Source: Dehalococcoidia bacterium (lineage in GTDB: Bacteria > Chloroflexota > Dehalococcoidia > Lucifugimonadales > UBA1127). Taken from it: a stretch of 64,000 nucleotides of DNA. Every line of letters starts with the position of its first letter. The stretch's first letter is position 1. The notes beneath the pieces were generated by a model, which was not told the DNA's origin, made no database searches, and saw only the letters and a program-made list of their open reading frames with translations. The DNA is taken from the NCBI GenBank assembly GCA_965249315.1, contig OZ252225.1, positions 864,508-928,507 of the forward strand. Direction: 5' to 3'. Position numbers and translations under genes: made by a program. Below, piece after piece: positions 1 to 8,532 of this stretch.

Positions 1-218
1 CCATCACGGACCTCACGTTGCCTGCTGATGGTCTGTTCATCAATACCTGCCGCTCTGGCTTGGGCCCAGGTGGCCAATCCCTGGGTCATGTCTCGGAGGT
101 ATTGATCTCTGTCCAAGGCAAATCCAATGTCAGCTAGGGCGCGCTCTCCGGCTTTGTAATACCAGAATTCAGTATCGACCAGAACCCCATCATGGTCAAA
201 GAGAATGTACTTTTTCAC
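1..218 (-). CDS. HAD-superfamily hydrolase, N-terminal part only (3' end runs off the window edge)
   Basis: Reverse translation from GTG (218-216) gives VKKYILFDHDGVLVDTEFWYYKAGERALADIG... DxDGVLVD matches HAD motif I. There is no stop before position 1, which is why it is absent from the ORF track. It lies 44 nt downstream of the purC stop on the same strand. Confidence 0.6.
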   Translation of the reverse strand, partial: MKKYILFDHDGVLVDTEFWYYKAGERALADIGFALDRDQYLRDMTQGLATWAQARAAGIDEQTISRQREVRD

Positions 219-262
219 TTTTGCGCTCGATTCACCTTGGCTCTATTGCCCTCCGTATACCT

Positions 263-1249
263 TCATGCGATTCGTGCAAGGTTGCCTTCAAAACGTGTCT
301 CGACCGGTTGGCCCGCCTCAGGAAACTCGAAAGAGCGACCGGTGATCTTCTCGTAAAGGTAGATGTAGCGTCTTGAGAGCTCGATTACAAGGTCATCCGG
401 TGCTGGTGGTAGGACGTCATCCGCGTATGGGTTGCAGTTCTCCCTGAACCAGAGCCGGAGGAACTCTTTGTCGACGTTGTCCGGTTCCTGTCCTTCCCGC
501 ATGCGCTGTTGAAAAGAGTCGGCGATCCAGTAGCGACTCGAGTCAGGGGTGTGAATCTCGTCGATCAGAAGGATCTCACCGTTCTCGTCACGGCCCATCT
601 CATACTTGGTATCGACGAGAACCAGGCCATGTTCGGCTGCCGTGGCTTGACCGAAAGCGAAGAGTTCCTGCGCGATGCGGCTACATTGTTCCCAATCATC
701 GGCCGTCATCCAGTTCTCGGACACGATCTCGTCAGGGCTGATCGGACGGTCGTCCTCCTCCTTGGTGGTCGGTGTGAGGTAATTCGTCGGGAGCTTCTGG
801 TTTTTCACGAGGCCGTCGGGCAAATCGTTGCCACAGTAGTGACGCCGACCACTCTGGTAGACCGTCCAGAGGGAGGTGTTCGTGGTCCCGGTAATGTATC
901 CACGCACCACGAACTCAATCGGGAAGACGGTACATTTCTTGGCAATTGTGACGTTTGGATCGGGGATGGATAGGACCTGATTCGGCACAATGTGGCGGGT
1001 CTGTTCAAACCACCATGCGCTCGTCATGTTGAGGACCTGCCCTTTGAAGGGGATGGCGGCCAGCACCCGGTCGAAGGCACTCTGTCGGTCGGTGGTGATG
1101 AGTACCATACGTTCCCCAAGATCATATCGGTCCCGTACTTTGCCTACGAACTTCTCACCCTGAGAAATATTCGTCTCAATGAGGCAGTTTCCGAGCTCTT
1201 GCCGTATTCGATTCGTGTAGCCCTCGGGGGTGTAAATGGCGTTCTCCAT
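263..1249 (-). CDS. purC: Phosphoribosylaminoimidazole-succinocarboxamide (SAICAR) synthase, long form
   Basis: 328-aa ORF with SAICAR-synthase blocks (GKVRDRYDLG..., LITTDRQSAFD, LVLVDTKYEMG, LIDEIHTPDSSRYW). A GGAGG SD lies about 9 nt upstream of the ATG. Confidence 0.9.
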   Translation of the reverse strand: MENAIYTPEGYTNRIRQELGNCLIETNISQGEKFVGKVRDRYDLGERMVLITTDRQSAFDRVLAAIPFKGQVLNMTSAWWFEQTRHIVPNQVLSIPDPNVTIAKKCTVFPIEFVVRGYITGTTNTSLWTVYQSGRRHYCGNDLPDGLVKNQKLPTNYLTPTTKEEDDRPISPDEIVSENWMTADDWEQCSRIAQELFAFGQATAAEHGLVLVDTKYEMGRDENGEILLIDEIHTPDSSRYWIADSFQQRMREGQEPDNVDKEFLRLWFRENCNPYADDVLPPAPDDLVIELSRRYIYLYEKITGRSFEFPEAGQPVETRFEGNLARIA

Positions 1250-1387
1250 CTATTATTGCCTCCGCAAAGGTTTGACGGCCTATAGGAGATGCCCCCATTG
1301 CACGTAAGAAGACAAACTCTCTTTCAGCCGCCACCCTCAACCGTCCCCCTCCCGTTAGCAGTCTCCCGTAATGGCCTGAGCAGGCCC

Positions 1388-4126
1388 CTACGTGCGGACC
1401 AGCGAGGGGACGAGGGCCAGGGCCTCGTCCAGCTTTTCGGGCCGACGGCCGCCGGCCTGGGCGGTCGCTGCGCTTCCTCCGCCGCCGCCGCCGATGACCG
1501 CCGCGGCCTTCCTCACGATGGCGGCCGCGTCCACGCCACGCTCGACGAGGTCGGGGGTGGCCATGGCAACGAGGACAGGGCGTTCGCCGAGCACGGCGCC
1601 AAGGACGATGAGGCCGGAGCCCATCTTGGCCTTCAGGTAGTCGCCGACGTCCCGCATGGCCTCAGCCGAGGCGGCGGTCACGCGTGCCGCGAGCACTCGG
1701 GCGCCGTCCACCTCAACCGCGTGCGCCAGCAGTCCTTCCGCCTCACGGCGTGCCAGGTCGCGTTCCAGGTTGACCGCGCGCCTTCGCTCCTGATCGAGCT
1801 CGTCCATGAGACCGGCAACGCGGGTCTCCAGGTCCGAGGGCGCGGTCTCCAGGCGTCGGGCCAGGGACTCGAGACGCTCCCGGTCGTGCCGGGCAGCGGC
1901 CTCGGCGGCTCGGCCCGTGAGGGCTTCGATTCGCCTCAAGCCAGAGCCGATGGAGCCCTCAGCGGTGATGAGGAACAGTCCAACTTCGCCGGTGCGGGCC
2001 AGGTGGGTGCCGCCACAGACCTCCACGCTGAAACAGGCTGTGGCTTCGGCGGAATCGTCACCATCGCAGCCCATCTCTACGACGCGTACCTGCTCGCCGT
2101 ACTTGTCGCCGAAGAAGGCCAGGGCCCCCTGTTTAACGGCGGTGGTGTAGGTGGACTCCCGCACCTGCACGGGCGAGTCGTCGCGCGTCTCACGGTTCAC
2201 CATGCGCTCCACCTCCGCCAGCTCCTCCGACGACGGGGCCTGGACGTGGGTGAAGTCGAAGCGGAGGCGGTCGGGCGCCACGAGGGAGCCAGCCTGGCGG
2301 ACGTGAGAGCCCAGGACCTTTCGCAGGGCTGCGTGGAGGAGATGCGTGCCGGTGTGGTTGCGGGCCGCGTCCAGCCGACGCTCCGAGTCGACCCTGGCCT
2401 CCACCTGTTCGCCCACGGAGACGGCGCCCTTCGCGACGCGGCCGCGGTGGACGACTAGATCCTGGATGGGAGCATGGGTGTCCGTCACCTCCACGCGCCC
2501 GTCGGGCCCGGTGATCGCTCCCGCGTCGCCCACCTGGCCACCCCCCTCGGCGTAGAAGGGCGTCTCCCGCAAGACGATTTCAACCTCCTGCCCCTCCTCG
2601 GCGCTGGCGACGGCCTCCCCTTCCGGGCTGAGCATGCCGACGACCACGGAGGAGACGGCAAGCTGGTCGTAGCCGAGGAAGCGGGTGGCGCCCACGCCCA
2701 GGGCCTGGTACTGGAAGATGCGGGCCTGGGGACCGCCGGCGAACCTCTCGCCCCCGGCGCGGCTGCGCTCCCGCTGGGCCTCCATCTCTCGACGGAAGCC
2801 GTCCATGTCCACGGTCAGGCCGTGCTCACCGGCAATCTCCTGGGTGATCTCGACCGGGAAGCCGTAGGTGTCGTGCAGGAAGAAGGCCTCCTGGCCCGAC
2901 AGGGTCGTCCGCCACGAGTCGTCCGCAGCCTCGGGCGCCGCAGCCGCTGCGATCTCGCGGCCCTGGCGCTCGTATTCGTCGGAGTGCGCTCCGTCGCGGG
3001 ACTCCCGGTAGCCGACCATGCCCGCGAGGGTCCGAACGCCGTTGTCGAAGACCTGCTGGAACCGCTCCTCCTCCAGGGCCAGGACGCGCAGGATGAAATC
3101 GCGGCTGGTCGCCAGGTCGGGGTAGACCGGCGCCATGTGGTCGACGACCCTCTCGGCGATGCGGACGAGGAAGGCCTCCGTGAGGCCCAGCTTCCGGCCG
3201 AAGCGGACGGCGCGGCGGATGAGGCGCCGCAGCACGTAGCCCCGCCCATCGTTGCCAGGAACGACGCCGTCGCCGATGAGGAATGCGGCGCCACGGCTGT
3301 GCTCGGACACGACGCGAATGGCCGTATCCGTCTCATCGCCGGCGCCGTACTCCACCTTCGCCAGCTCGCACACCCTGGCCACGATGGGCTGGAAGAGGTC
3401 GGTCTCGTAGACGTTGCGGGCGCCCTGGAGGATGACGGCGGTGCGGTCCAGGCCCAGGCCCGTGTCGATGTTGGGTGCAGGGAGGGGCACCCTGGTCCCG
3501 TCCAGATGCTGGTAGAACTGCATGAAGACGAGGTTCCAGAACTCGACGAAACGGCCCGAATCGTCATTGGGTCTCTCGCCGTTCATCCCCCGCTCTGGGT
3601 GAAAGTCGTAGTGGAGCTCGCTGCAGGGGCCACAGGGGCCCTCGTTGCCCGCCGGCCCCCAGTAGTTGTCCTCCTCGCCGAAACGGATGATGCGCTCTTC
3701 CGGCACGCCTATGTCGCGGCGCCAGTGGTCGAAGGCTTCGTCGTCGTCCAAGTAGATGGTGATCCAGATGCGCTCCGGCGCCAGCTGCAGCACCTGGGTC
3801 GAGAACTCCCAGGCCCAGGCGATGGCCTCCTTCTTGAAGTAGTCGCCGACGCTGAAGTTGCCCAGCATCTCGAAGAAGGTACAGTGCGTATCGTCGCCCA
3901 CGGCGTCGATGTCCGTGGTGCGGAAGCTCTTCTGGCTGGAGGTCATGCGCCGAGAGGGAGGGGAGGCCTGACCCATGAAGTAGGCCTTGAAGGGCACCAT
4001 GCCCGCGCTGGTCAGCAGCAGGGTGGGGTCTCCAGCGGGGATGAGGGAGGCGCTGGGCATGCGCAGATGCGCCTTCCCTTCGAAGAAGCGAAGGAAGTCT
4101 TCACGGATCTCGTCGCTGGTTCGCAT
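1388..4126 (-). CDS. alaS: Alanine--tRNA ligase
   Basis: The N-terminus reads MRTSDEIREDFLRFFEGKAHLRMPSASLIPAGDPTLLLTSAGMVPFK, and the editing-domain HxxxH motif (HTGTHLLH) is present. I prefer ATG 4126 (GAGG about 8 nt upstream) over the ORF-track start 4147, because the predicted promoter would leave almost no leader for 4147. Confidence 0.95.
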   Translation of the reverse strand: MRTSDEIREDFLRFFEGKAHLRMPSASLIPAGDPTLLLTSAGMVPFKAYFMGQASPPSRRMTSSQKSFRTTDIDAVGDDTHCTFFEMLGNFSVGDYFKKEAIAWAWEFSTQVLQLAPERIWITIYLDDDEAFDHWRRDIGVPEERIIRFGEEDNYWGPAGNEGPCGPCSELHYDFHPERGMNGERPNDDSGRFVEFWNLVFMQFYQHLDGTRVPLPAPNIDTGLGLDRTAVILQGARNVYETDLFQPIVARVCELAKVEYGAGDETDTAIRVVSEHSRGAAFLIGDGVVPGNDGRGYVLRRLIRRAVRFGRKLGLTEAFLVRIAERVVDHMAPVYPDLATSRDFILRVLALEEERFQQVFDNGVRTLAGMVGYRESRDGAHSDEYERQGREIAAAAAPEAADDSWRTTLSGQEAFFLHDTYGFPVEITQEIAGEHGLTVDMDGFRREMEAQRERSRAGGERFAGGPQARIFQYQALGVGATRFLGYDQLAVSSVVVGMLSPEGEAVASAEEGQEVEIVLRETPFYAEGGGQVGDAGAITGPDGRVEVTDTHAPIQDLVVHRGRVAKGAVSVGEQVEARVDSERRLDAARNHTGTHLLHAALRKVLGSHVRQAGSLVAPDRLRFDFTHVQAPSSEELAEVERMVNRETRDDSPVQVRESTYTTAVKQGALAFFGDKYGEQVRVVEMGCDGDDSAEATACFSVEVCGGTHLARTGEVGLFLITAEGSIGSGLRRIEALTGRAAEAAARHDRERLESLARRLETAPSDLETRVAGLMDELDQERRRAVNLERDLARREAEGLLAHAVEVDGARVLAARVTAASAEAMRDVGDYLKAKMGSGLIVLGAVLGERPVLVAMATPDLVERGVDAAAIVRKAAAVIGGGGGGSAATAQAGGRRPEKLDEALALVPSLVRT

Positions 4127-4163
4127 GGTGGGTACCTCTGGGGACATTGCGTTGCCTATGAAT

Positions 4164-4193
4164 AGTTTAGAGGCGCGCCAAAATGAGTGTCAA
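4164..4193 (-). promoter_or_regulatory. Sigma70-type promoter for alaS (TTGACA-N18-TAAACT)
   Basis: The minus strand reads cgTTGACActcattttggcgcgcctcTAAACTattcat. The -35 is at 4193-4188 and the -10 at 4169-4164, about 40 nt upstream of ATG 4126. Confidence 0.5.
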
Positions 4194-4347
4194 CGAAGGG
4201 GGCGGGTGGCGGAGGCGGCATTGCCGCTTGCGCTGGCGGCGTTAGATCTGGCGCGCCGTTGGGGAGGGAGGCGTCGAGGTTCCTGCCGGTGCAGGAAGAA
4301 CGACGGATCGCGGCATCAGTCGACGCTGCGCGTCACCCTCACCCCAA

Positions 4348-4368
4348 CCCTCTCCCAGAAGGAGAGGG
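4348..4368. repeat. GC-rich palindromic intergenic element, clean copy (CCCTCTCC-cagaa-GGAGAGGG)
   Basis: Perfect 8-bp stem with a 5-nt loop, 15 nt downstream of the ABC ATPase stop (minus strand). Flanks (cacccTCACCCCAA...GGGGTGG) extend the pairing imperfectly. A related copy lies at 62773-62792, with degenerate copies at 8389-8426 and 55965-55983. Confidence 0.6.
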
Positions 4369-4382
4369 GGTGGAATGGTGGG

Positions 4383-6458
4383 CTAGGAGGCCACTTTCTC
4401 CCGTTGGAGCTCAGCCAACTCGGCCACAGGGATGTGGCAGTAGATGAGGTGGTCCGGGGAGGAGGGGCCGATGTTCGCCGTCGGGGGTGTATCGTCGCAG
4501 ATAGGCCCGATCTTTCGAGGGCAACGCCCGGCGAAGAAGCAGCCCCGGAACCGCTCGCGGAGCGTGGGGACGGCGCCGGGGAGCCGGATACGGGTGGGTT
4601 CGGCGTCCGGGTCCGGTACGGGGGCCGCCGAAAGGAGCGCCTCCGTGTAGGGATGGGACGGCCTGTTGAGCACCGCCTCTGCGGGGCCGGACTCGGCCAC
4701 GTGGCCGGCATAGAGCACGAGGATGTCGTCCGAGACGTATCGCACTACACCCAGGTCGTGGGAGATGAAGATGTAGGAGGAACCGGCCTCTCTCTGGTGC
4801 TCCCCAAGGAGGTTGAGGACCTGAGCCTGAACGGAGACGTCCAAGGCAGAGACCGCCTCGTCGGCAATGATGACGTCCGGGTTGGCGGCAAAGGCTCCTG
4901 CCAAGGCGACGCGCTGCTGCTGACCGCCGCTCAGCTCTCCTGGCGGGCGGTCCAGGTAATCGGGGTCCAGGCCAACGGCCTCCAGTAGCTCCACTGCGCG
5001 CTGGCGGCTCTCCTTCCGGCCCAGACCTGCGAACTTCCGCAGGGAACGAACAATTGCGTGCCGGATGGGACGCTTGGGGTTCAGAGAGGCCGCCGGGTTC
5101 TGGAAGACCATCCCCATGGCCGCCTTCTGCGGAGCGGTCCGGTCCTCGATTGCAGAGGCCAGATCTTCGCCGCGCAGCCGCAACTCGCCCCGAGACCGGG
5201 GGACCAGGCCAGCCACCGCCCGGGCGGCGGTCGTCTTGCCAGACCCGCTCTCCCCCACAATGCCAAGGGTGCTGCCCGCCCCAACCTCAAAGTCAATGTC
5301 CGACACCGCTCGCACGGGCGGACGCACGCGAGGGCCAAAGAAGATGTACTTCCGCTGCCACTGACCGTAGAAGCGCCGGAGGCCGGTGGCCTTGAGCACG
5401 GGCTGCTCGGTGCTCCGGGTGCGCTGCTCGCGCTCCTCCGCCTCGCCCCATATGTCCGTTCGCACATCCTGGGAGAAGAAGCAGCGCGCCTTGTGTCCGC
5501 CCCCCACGTCGAAGAGGTCCGGGGCCTGGGAATGGCATTCGTCCTGGGCCATCGGGCATCGCTCGGCGAAGAGGCAGGCGGCGCCAGCCTCCTCCTGGGC
5601 GGAGAAGACGGAGCCGGGGATGCTGCGCAGCGTGGTAGCCGTCTCTCCGTCCGACGGCGGCTGGGGGACGCAGGCGAGAAGCCCCGCGGTGTAGGGGTGT
5701 TTGGGGTTCTTGAAGAGGTCCCGGACGGGCGCTTCCTCCACAACCTCTCCCGCGTACATCACGGCCACCCTGTCCGCCACCCTGGCGATGACGCCCAGGT
5801 TGTGGCTGACGTAGATGATACCGGCGTTGACCCGGTCCTTGAGCTCCACCACCATGTCCAGAATGGTGGCCTCAGTGGTCACGTCGAGGCCCGTTGTGGG
5901 CTCATCCATGATGAGCAGGTCCGGGCCGCAGGCCAGGGCCATGGCGATGCCAACGCGCTGCTGCATTCCGCCGCTGAGCTGATGGGGGTAACGCCGGCCC
6001 ACCCGCTCGGGGTCGGCCAGGTTGACGCTTCTGAAGAGCTCCGCCACTCGCTCACGGGCCGCCCTGCCGTCCAGGTTGAGGTGCTCGCGCACGACCTCCT
6101 CGATCTGGGGGCCGACTCGCATGGTGGGGTTCAGGGACGTGGCGGGGTCCTGATAGACCATGGCGATGCGGTTGCCCCGCAGCTCCCGGAGCTCCGAGGA
6201 GCGCATGCCTGCGATCTCCCGGCCCTCGAAGAGGATGTCGCCCTCCACTCGAGTTGTGCCGGGCAGGTAGCCCATGATGGCGAAAGCCATAGTGGACTTT
6301 CCGCATCCGGACTCGCCGACCACGCCCAGGACCTCACCGCGCCCCACCTCCAGCGAGACGTTGCGCAATGCCCGGACGCTGCCCCGGGGTGTGTAGAAGG
6401 TCACCGCCAGCCCATCGATCTTGACGAGAGGCGGCGCAGACTCGACTACGGCGCTCAC
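4383..6458 (-). CDS. Opp/Dpp-type ABC transporter ATP-binding protein, fused tandem (DppD-DppF-like) ATPase
   Basis: 691 aa with two Walker A motifs (GESGCGKST, GESGSGKTT), two LSGG signatures (LSGGMQQR, LSGGQQQR) and two Walker B motifs (LLIMDEPT, VIIADEAV). Its GTG start overlaps the permease stop (GTGA). Confidence 0.9.
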   Translation of the reverse strand: MSAVVESAPPLVKIDGLAVTFYTPRGSVRALRNVSLEVGRGEVLGVVGESGCGKSTMAFAIMGYLPGTTRVEGDILFEGREIAGMRSSELRELRGNRIAMVYQDPATSLNPTMRVGPQIEEVVREHLNLDGRAARERVAELFRSVNLADPERVGRRYPHQLSGGMQQRVGIAMALACGPDLLIMDEPTTGLDVTTEATILDMVVELKDRVNAGIIYVSHNLGVIARVADRVAVMYAGEVVEEAPVRDLFKNPKHPYTAGLLACVPQPPSDGETATTLRSIPGSVFSAQEEAGAACLFAERCPMAQDECHSQAPDLFDVGGGHKARCFFSQDVRTDIWGEAEEREQRTRSTEQPVLKATGLRRFYGQWQRKYIFFGPRVRPPVRAVSDIDFEVGAGSTLGIVGESGSGKTTAARAVAGLVPRSRGELRLRGEDLASAIEDRTAPQKAAMGMVFQNPAASLNPKRPIRHAIVRSLRKFAGLGRKESRQRAVELLEAVGLDPDYLDRPPGELSGGQQQRVALAGAFAANPDVIIADEAVSALDVSVQAQVLNLLGEHQREAGSSYIFISHDLGVVRYVSDDILVLYAGHVAESGPAEAVLNRPSHPYTEALLSAAPVPDPDAEPTRIRLPGAVPTLRERFRGCFFAGRCPRKIGPICDDTPPTANIGPSSPDHLIYCHIPVAELAELQREKVAS

Positions 6459-7384
6459 GACGCCTTCTCCTGCGGCAGTCCGCTTGCCTGCTTGAGACCG
6501 TCTGCCAGGAGGTTGACGCCTACGACAAGGGATGCCACAGCGCCCGCAGGCGCCAAGGCCACCCAGGGAGCACTGACGAGGAACTGCCGGCTCTGGCTGA
6601 TCATGAGGCCCCAGTCGGAGGACGGGGGCTGGACTCCCAAGCCCAGGAACCCCAGGGAGGAGACGGTGAGGATGGCGTAGCTCAGGCGTATGGACGCCTC
6701 CACGGTCAGGACAGGCAGGGCGTTGGGCAGGATTTCGCGGAAGATGATGTAGAAGGCCGACTCACCCCTCAGGCGGGCGCTCTGGACGAACTCCTGCGTC
6801 TTCAACGTCAGGGTGACGCTTCGGATGACCCGGGCCACGCGGGGCATGCTGACGACTCCGACGGTTGCGGCGATGTTCACGTGGCTTGGGCCAAGAGAGG
6901 TCAGCACGAGGAGGGCCAGGAGCAACGACGGGAACGACATAAGCCCGTCCATCACCCGCATAACAACCTCGTCTACCTTTCCCCCACGGTAGGCGCTGCT
7001 CATTCCGACGACAGTGCCGAGAGCGATGCCCAGGGCCGCACCCGCGACGGACACGGCGATGATGGAGGTGGCGCCCGACATGATACGGCTCAGGATGTCA
7101 CGGCCAAACTGGTCCGTCCCCAGCCAGAACTGGGTCGACGGCGCCTGGAGCTGGTACACGTTCAAAGGCTCGTTGAACTCGGTTGGGGAGTAGGGCGCCA
7201 ACCAGGGGCCAACGGCAGCCAGGATGAAATGGACCACGACAATGGGCAGGCCAATCCGCCCCGGGGCCGTGGCCATGCAGAGCCGCAGGGCGTTCCTGGC
7301 CTTTCGGCCCAAGGCGACGATGCTCTCGCCTGCGGCCTGGGGCAGTCCTGTTCGCAGATCGCCTGTCGATACACGTATAGCCAC
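6455..7384 (-). CDS. ABC transporter permease, DppC/OppC-like
   Basis: 309 aa, multi-TM, with the BPD-transporter EAA-type region (ARLRGESAFYIIFREILPNALP). Its GTG start overlaps the upstream permease stop by 1 nt. Confidence 0.85.
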   Translation of the reverse strand: MAIRVSTGDLRTGLPQAAGESIVALGRKARNALRLCMATAPGRIGLPIVVVHFILAAVGPWLAPYSPTEFNEPLNVYQLQAPSTQFWLGTDQFGRDILSRIMSGATSIIAVSVAGAALGIALGTVVGMSSAYRGGKVDEVVMRVMDGLMSFPSLLLALLVLTSLGPSHVNIAATVGVVSMPRVARVIRSVTLTLKTQEFVQSARLRGESAFYIIFREILPNALPVLTVEASIRLSYAILTVSSLGFLGLGVQPPSSDWGLMISQSRQFLVSAPWVALAPAGAVASLVVGVNLLADGLKQASGLPQEKAS

Positions 7385-8328
7385 TACGCCAACCTAATCC
7401 GCGGATCGAGCACCGCGTAGCTTAGGTCCGCCAAGAGGTTGCTGATGGCGTACGTCCCGGCCACCAACAGGGTCAGGGCTTCCAGGAGGGGGACGTCCCG
7501 AGTCAGCATGGACCGCAGGAGAAGCTGTCCCAGCCCCGGGTAGGCGAAGACGTTCTCCACGATGATGAGCCCTCCCAACATCCAACCAAAGTTCGTTGCA
7601 ATGACGGTGATGGTGGGCAGCAACGCGTTGGGGAGCACGTGTCGAAGGATGACCTTCCGCATAGGAAGGCCCTTCAGGATGGCAGTGCGCACGTAGTGGG
7701 TCTCCATCACCTCCATGACGCTGGCGCGGGTCATGCGCATGATGTAGGCGAACAGGACGCCGGTGAGAGTCAACGCGGGCATGACCAGGATCTCCGGCCG
7801 CGTCAATGGACTCTCGCCGGGAAGCATGATGCTGGAGGGCGGCAGGAGATGGAGGGTGGACGCCAGCAAGAGCATGAGCAACACGCCCGTGACGAACTCC
7901 GGCAAGGAGATCCCCACCAGCCCGAACGTGCTCACGGACCGGTCCACCAGGGAGTTGGGCCGTATGCCGGCCCAGACTCCGGCGCCCACGGCCACGGGGG
8001 TGCCAACCACCAGGGCAAAGACAGCCAGAACGAGCGAGTGGTAGATCCTCCTGGGCAGGATGTCGGAGATGGGCATGCCGGTGATGTAGGAGTCGCCCCA
8101 ATCGCCCCGAAGCACGCCGCCAATCCAGCTCAGGTAGCGCTCGTGGGCGGGGCGGTTCAGGCCAAGCTCCTCACGGACCAGGGCCAGTCTCTCCTCTGTG
8201 GCATCCTGCTTGAGGATCAGCTTGGCGACGTCTCCAGGAAGGACCTCCGTGACGGTGAAGATGGCCAGGGAGACCACCAGAAGGGTGATGGCCACCAGGG
8301 CAATGCGTCTCACCAGAAATTGCAACAT
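7384..8328 (-). CDS. ABC transporter permease, DppB/OppB-like
   Basis: 314 aa. The N-terminus MLQFLVRRIALVAITLLVVSLAIFTVTEVLPGD and the block YVRTAILKGLPMRKVILRHVLPNALLP are typical of OppB/DppB. Confidence 0.85.
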   Translation of the reverse strand: MLQFLVRRIALVAITLLVVSLAIFTVTEVLPGDVAKLILKQDATEERLALVREELGLNRPAHERYLSWIGGVLRGDWGDSYITGMPISDILPRRIYHSLVLAVFALVVGTPVAVGAGVWAGIRPNSLVDRSVSTFGLVGISLPEFVTGVLLMLLLASTLHLLPPSSIMLPGESPLTRPEILVMPALTLTGVLFAYIMRMTRASVMEVMETHYVRTAILKGLPMRKVILRHVLPNALLPTITVIATNFGWMLGGLIIVENVFAYPGLGQLLLRSMLTRDVPLLEALTLLVAGTYAISNLLADLSYAVLDPRIRLA

Positions 8329-8388
8329 ACACTCACCGATCCGTCAGGGAAGTTCGCGGGCGGGCCTGTCCCACAATCTCACTCACAG

Positions 8389-8426
8389 CCCTCTCACCTA
8401 ACCCTACCCCCCACTGGGGAGAGGGG
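8389..8426. repeat. Degenerate copy of the CTCTCC/GGAGAG palindromic element
   Basis: The sequence is agCCCTCTCacctaaccctaccccccactgggGAGAGGGga. The arms CCCTCTC/GAGAGGG are separated by 24 nt, and the inner part (aaccctaccccccactggggagaggg) resembles copy 1 with indels. It lies in the SBP-permease intercistronic gap. Confidence 0.4.
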
Positions 8427-8443
8427 ACTTCTGAGATAGGGCA

Positions 8444-8481
8444 GACCGGGGGAGCATGGCGACACGGCCAGCCCCCCGGTC
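8444..8481 (-). promoter_or_regulatory. Intercistronic stem-loop after the binding-protein gene (9-bp GC stem)
   Basis: GACCGGGGG-N20-CCCCCGGTC is a perfect 9-bp stem, 51 nt downstream of the SBP stop (8533) and upstream of the permease start (8328). No U-tract follows it. Confidence 0.45.
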
Positions 8482-8532
8482 ACTCTCCTGCTCAACATTA
8501 GTGCGGCGTAGCGCTCTCAAGAAGGCTACCCG

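Noticed and set aside
4148-4382. Possible T-box or other riboswitch leader upstream of alaS (a 235-nt gap with several hairpins).
   Set aside because: A near-consensus promoter (TTGACA-N18-TAAACT) sits only about 40 nt from the start codon, leaving no room for a T-box. I could not find a T-box or specifier-loop consensus on the minus strand. The hairpins lie upstream of that promoter and fit 3'-end structures of the converging ABC operon.
4187-4447. 86-aa plus-strand ORF (MSTKGAGGGG...HPHPNPLPEGEGVEWW...) in the alaS/ABC spacer.
   Set aside because: It reads straight through the palindromic repeat and into the antisense of the ATPase gene 3' end. It has no SD, and the peptide is the typical artefactual translation of this repeat class.
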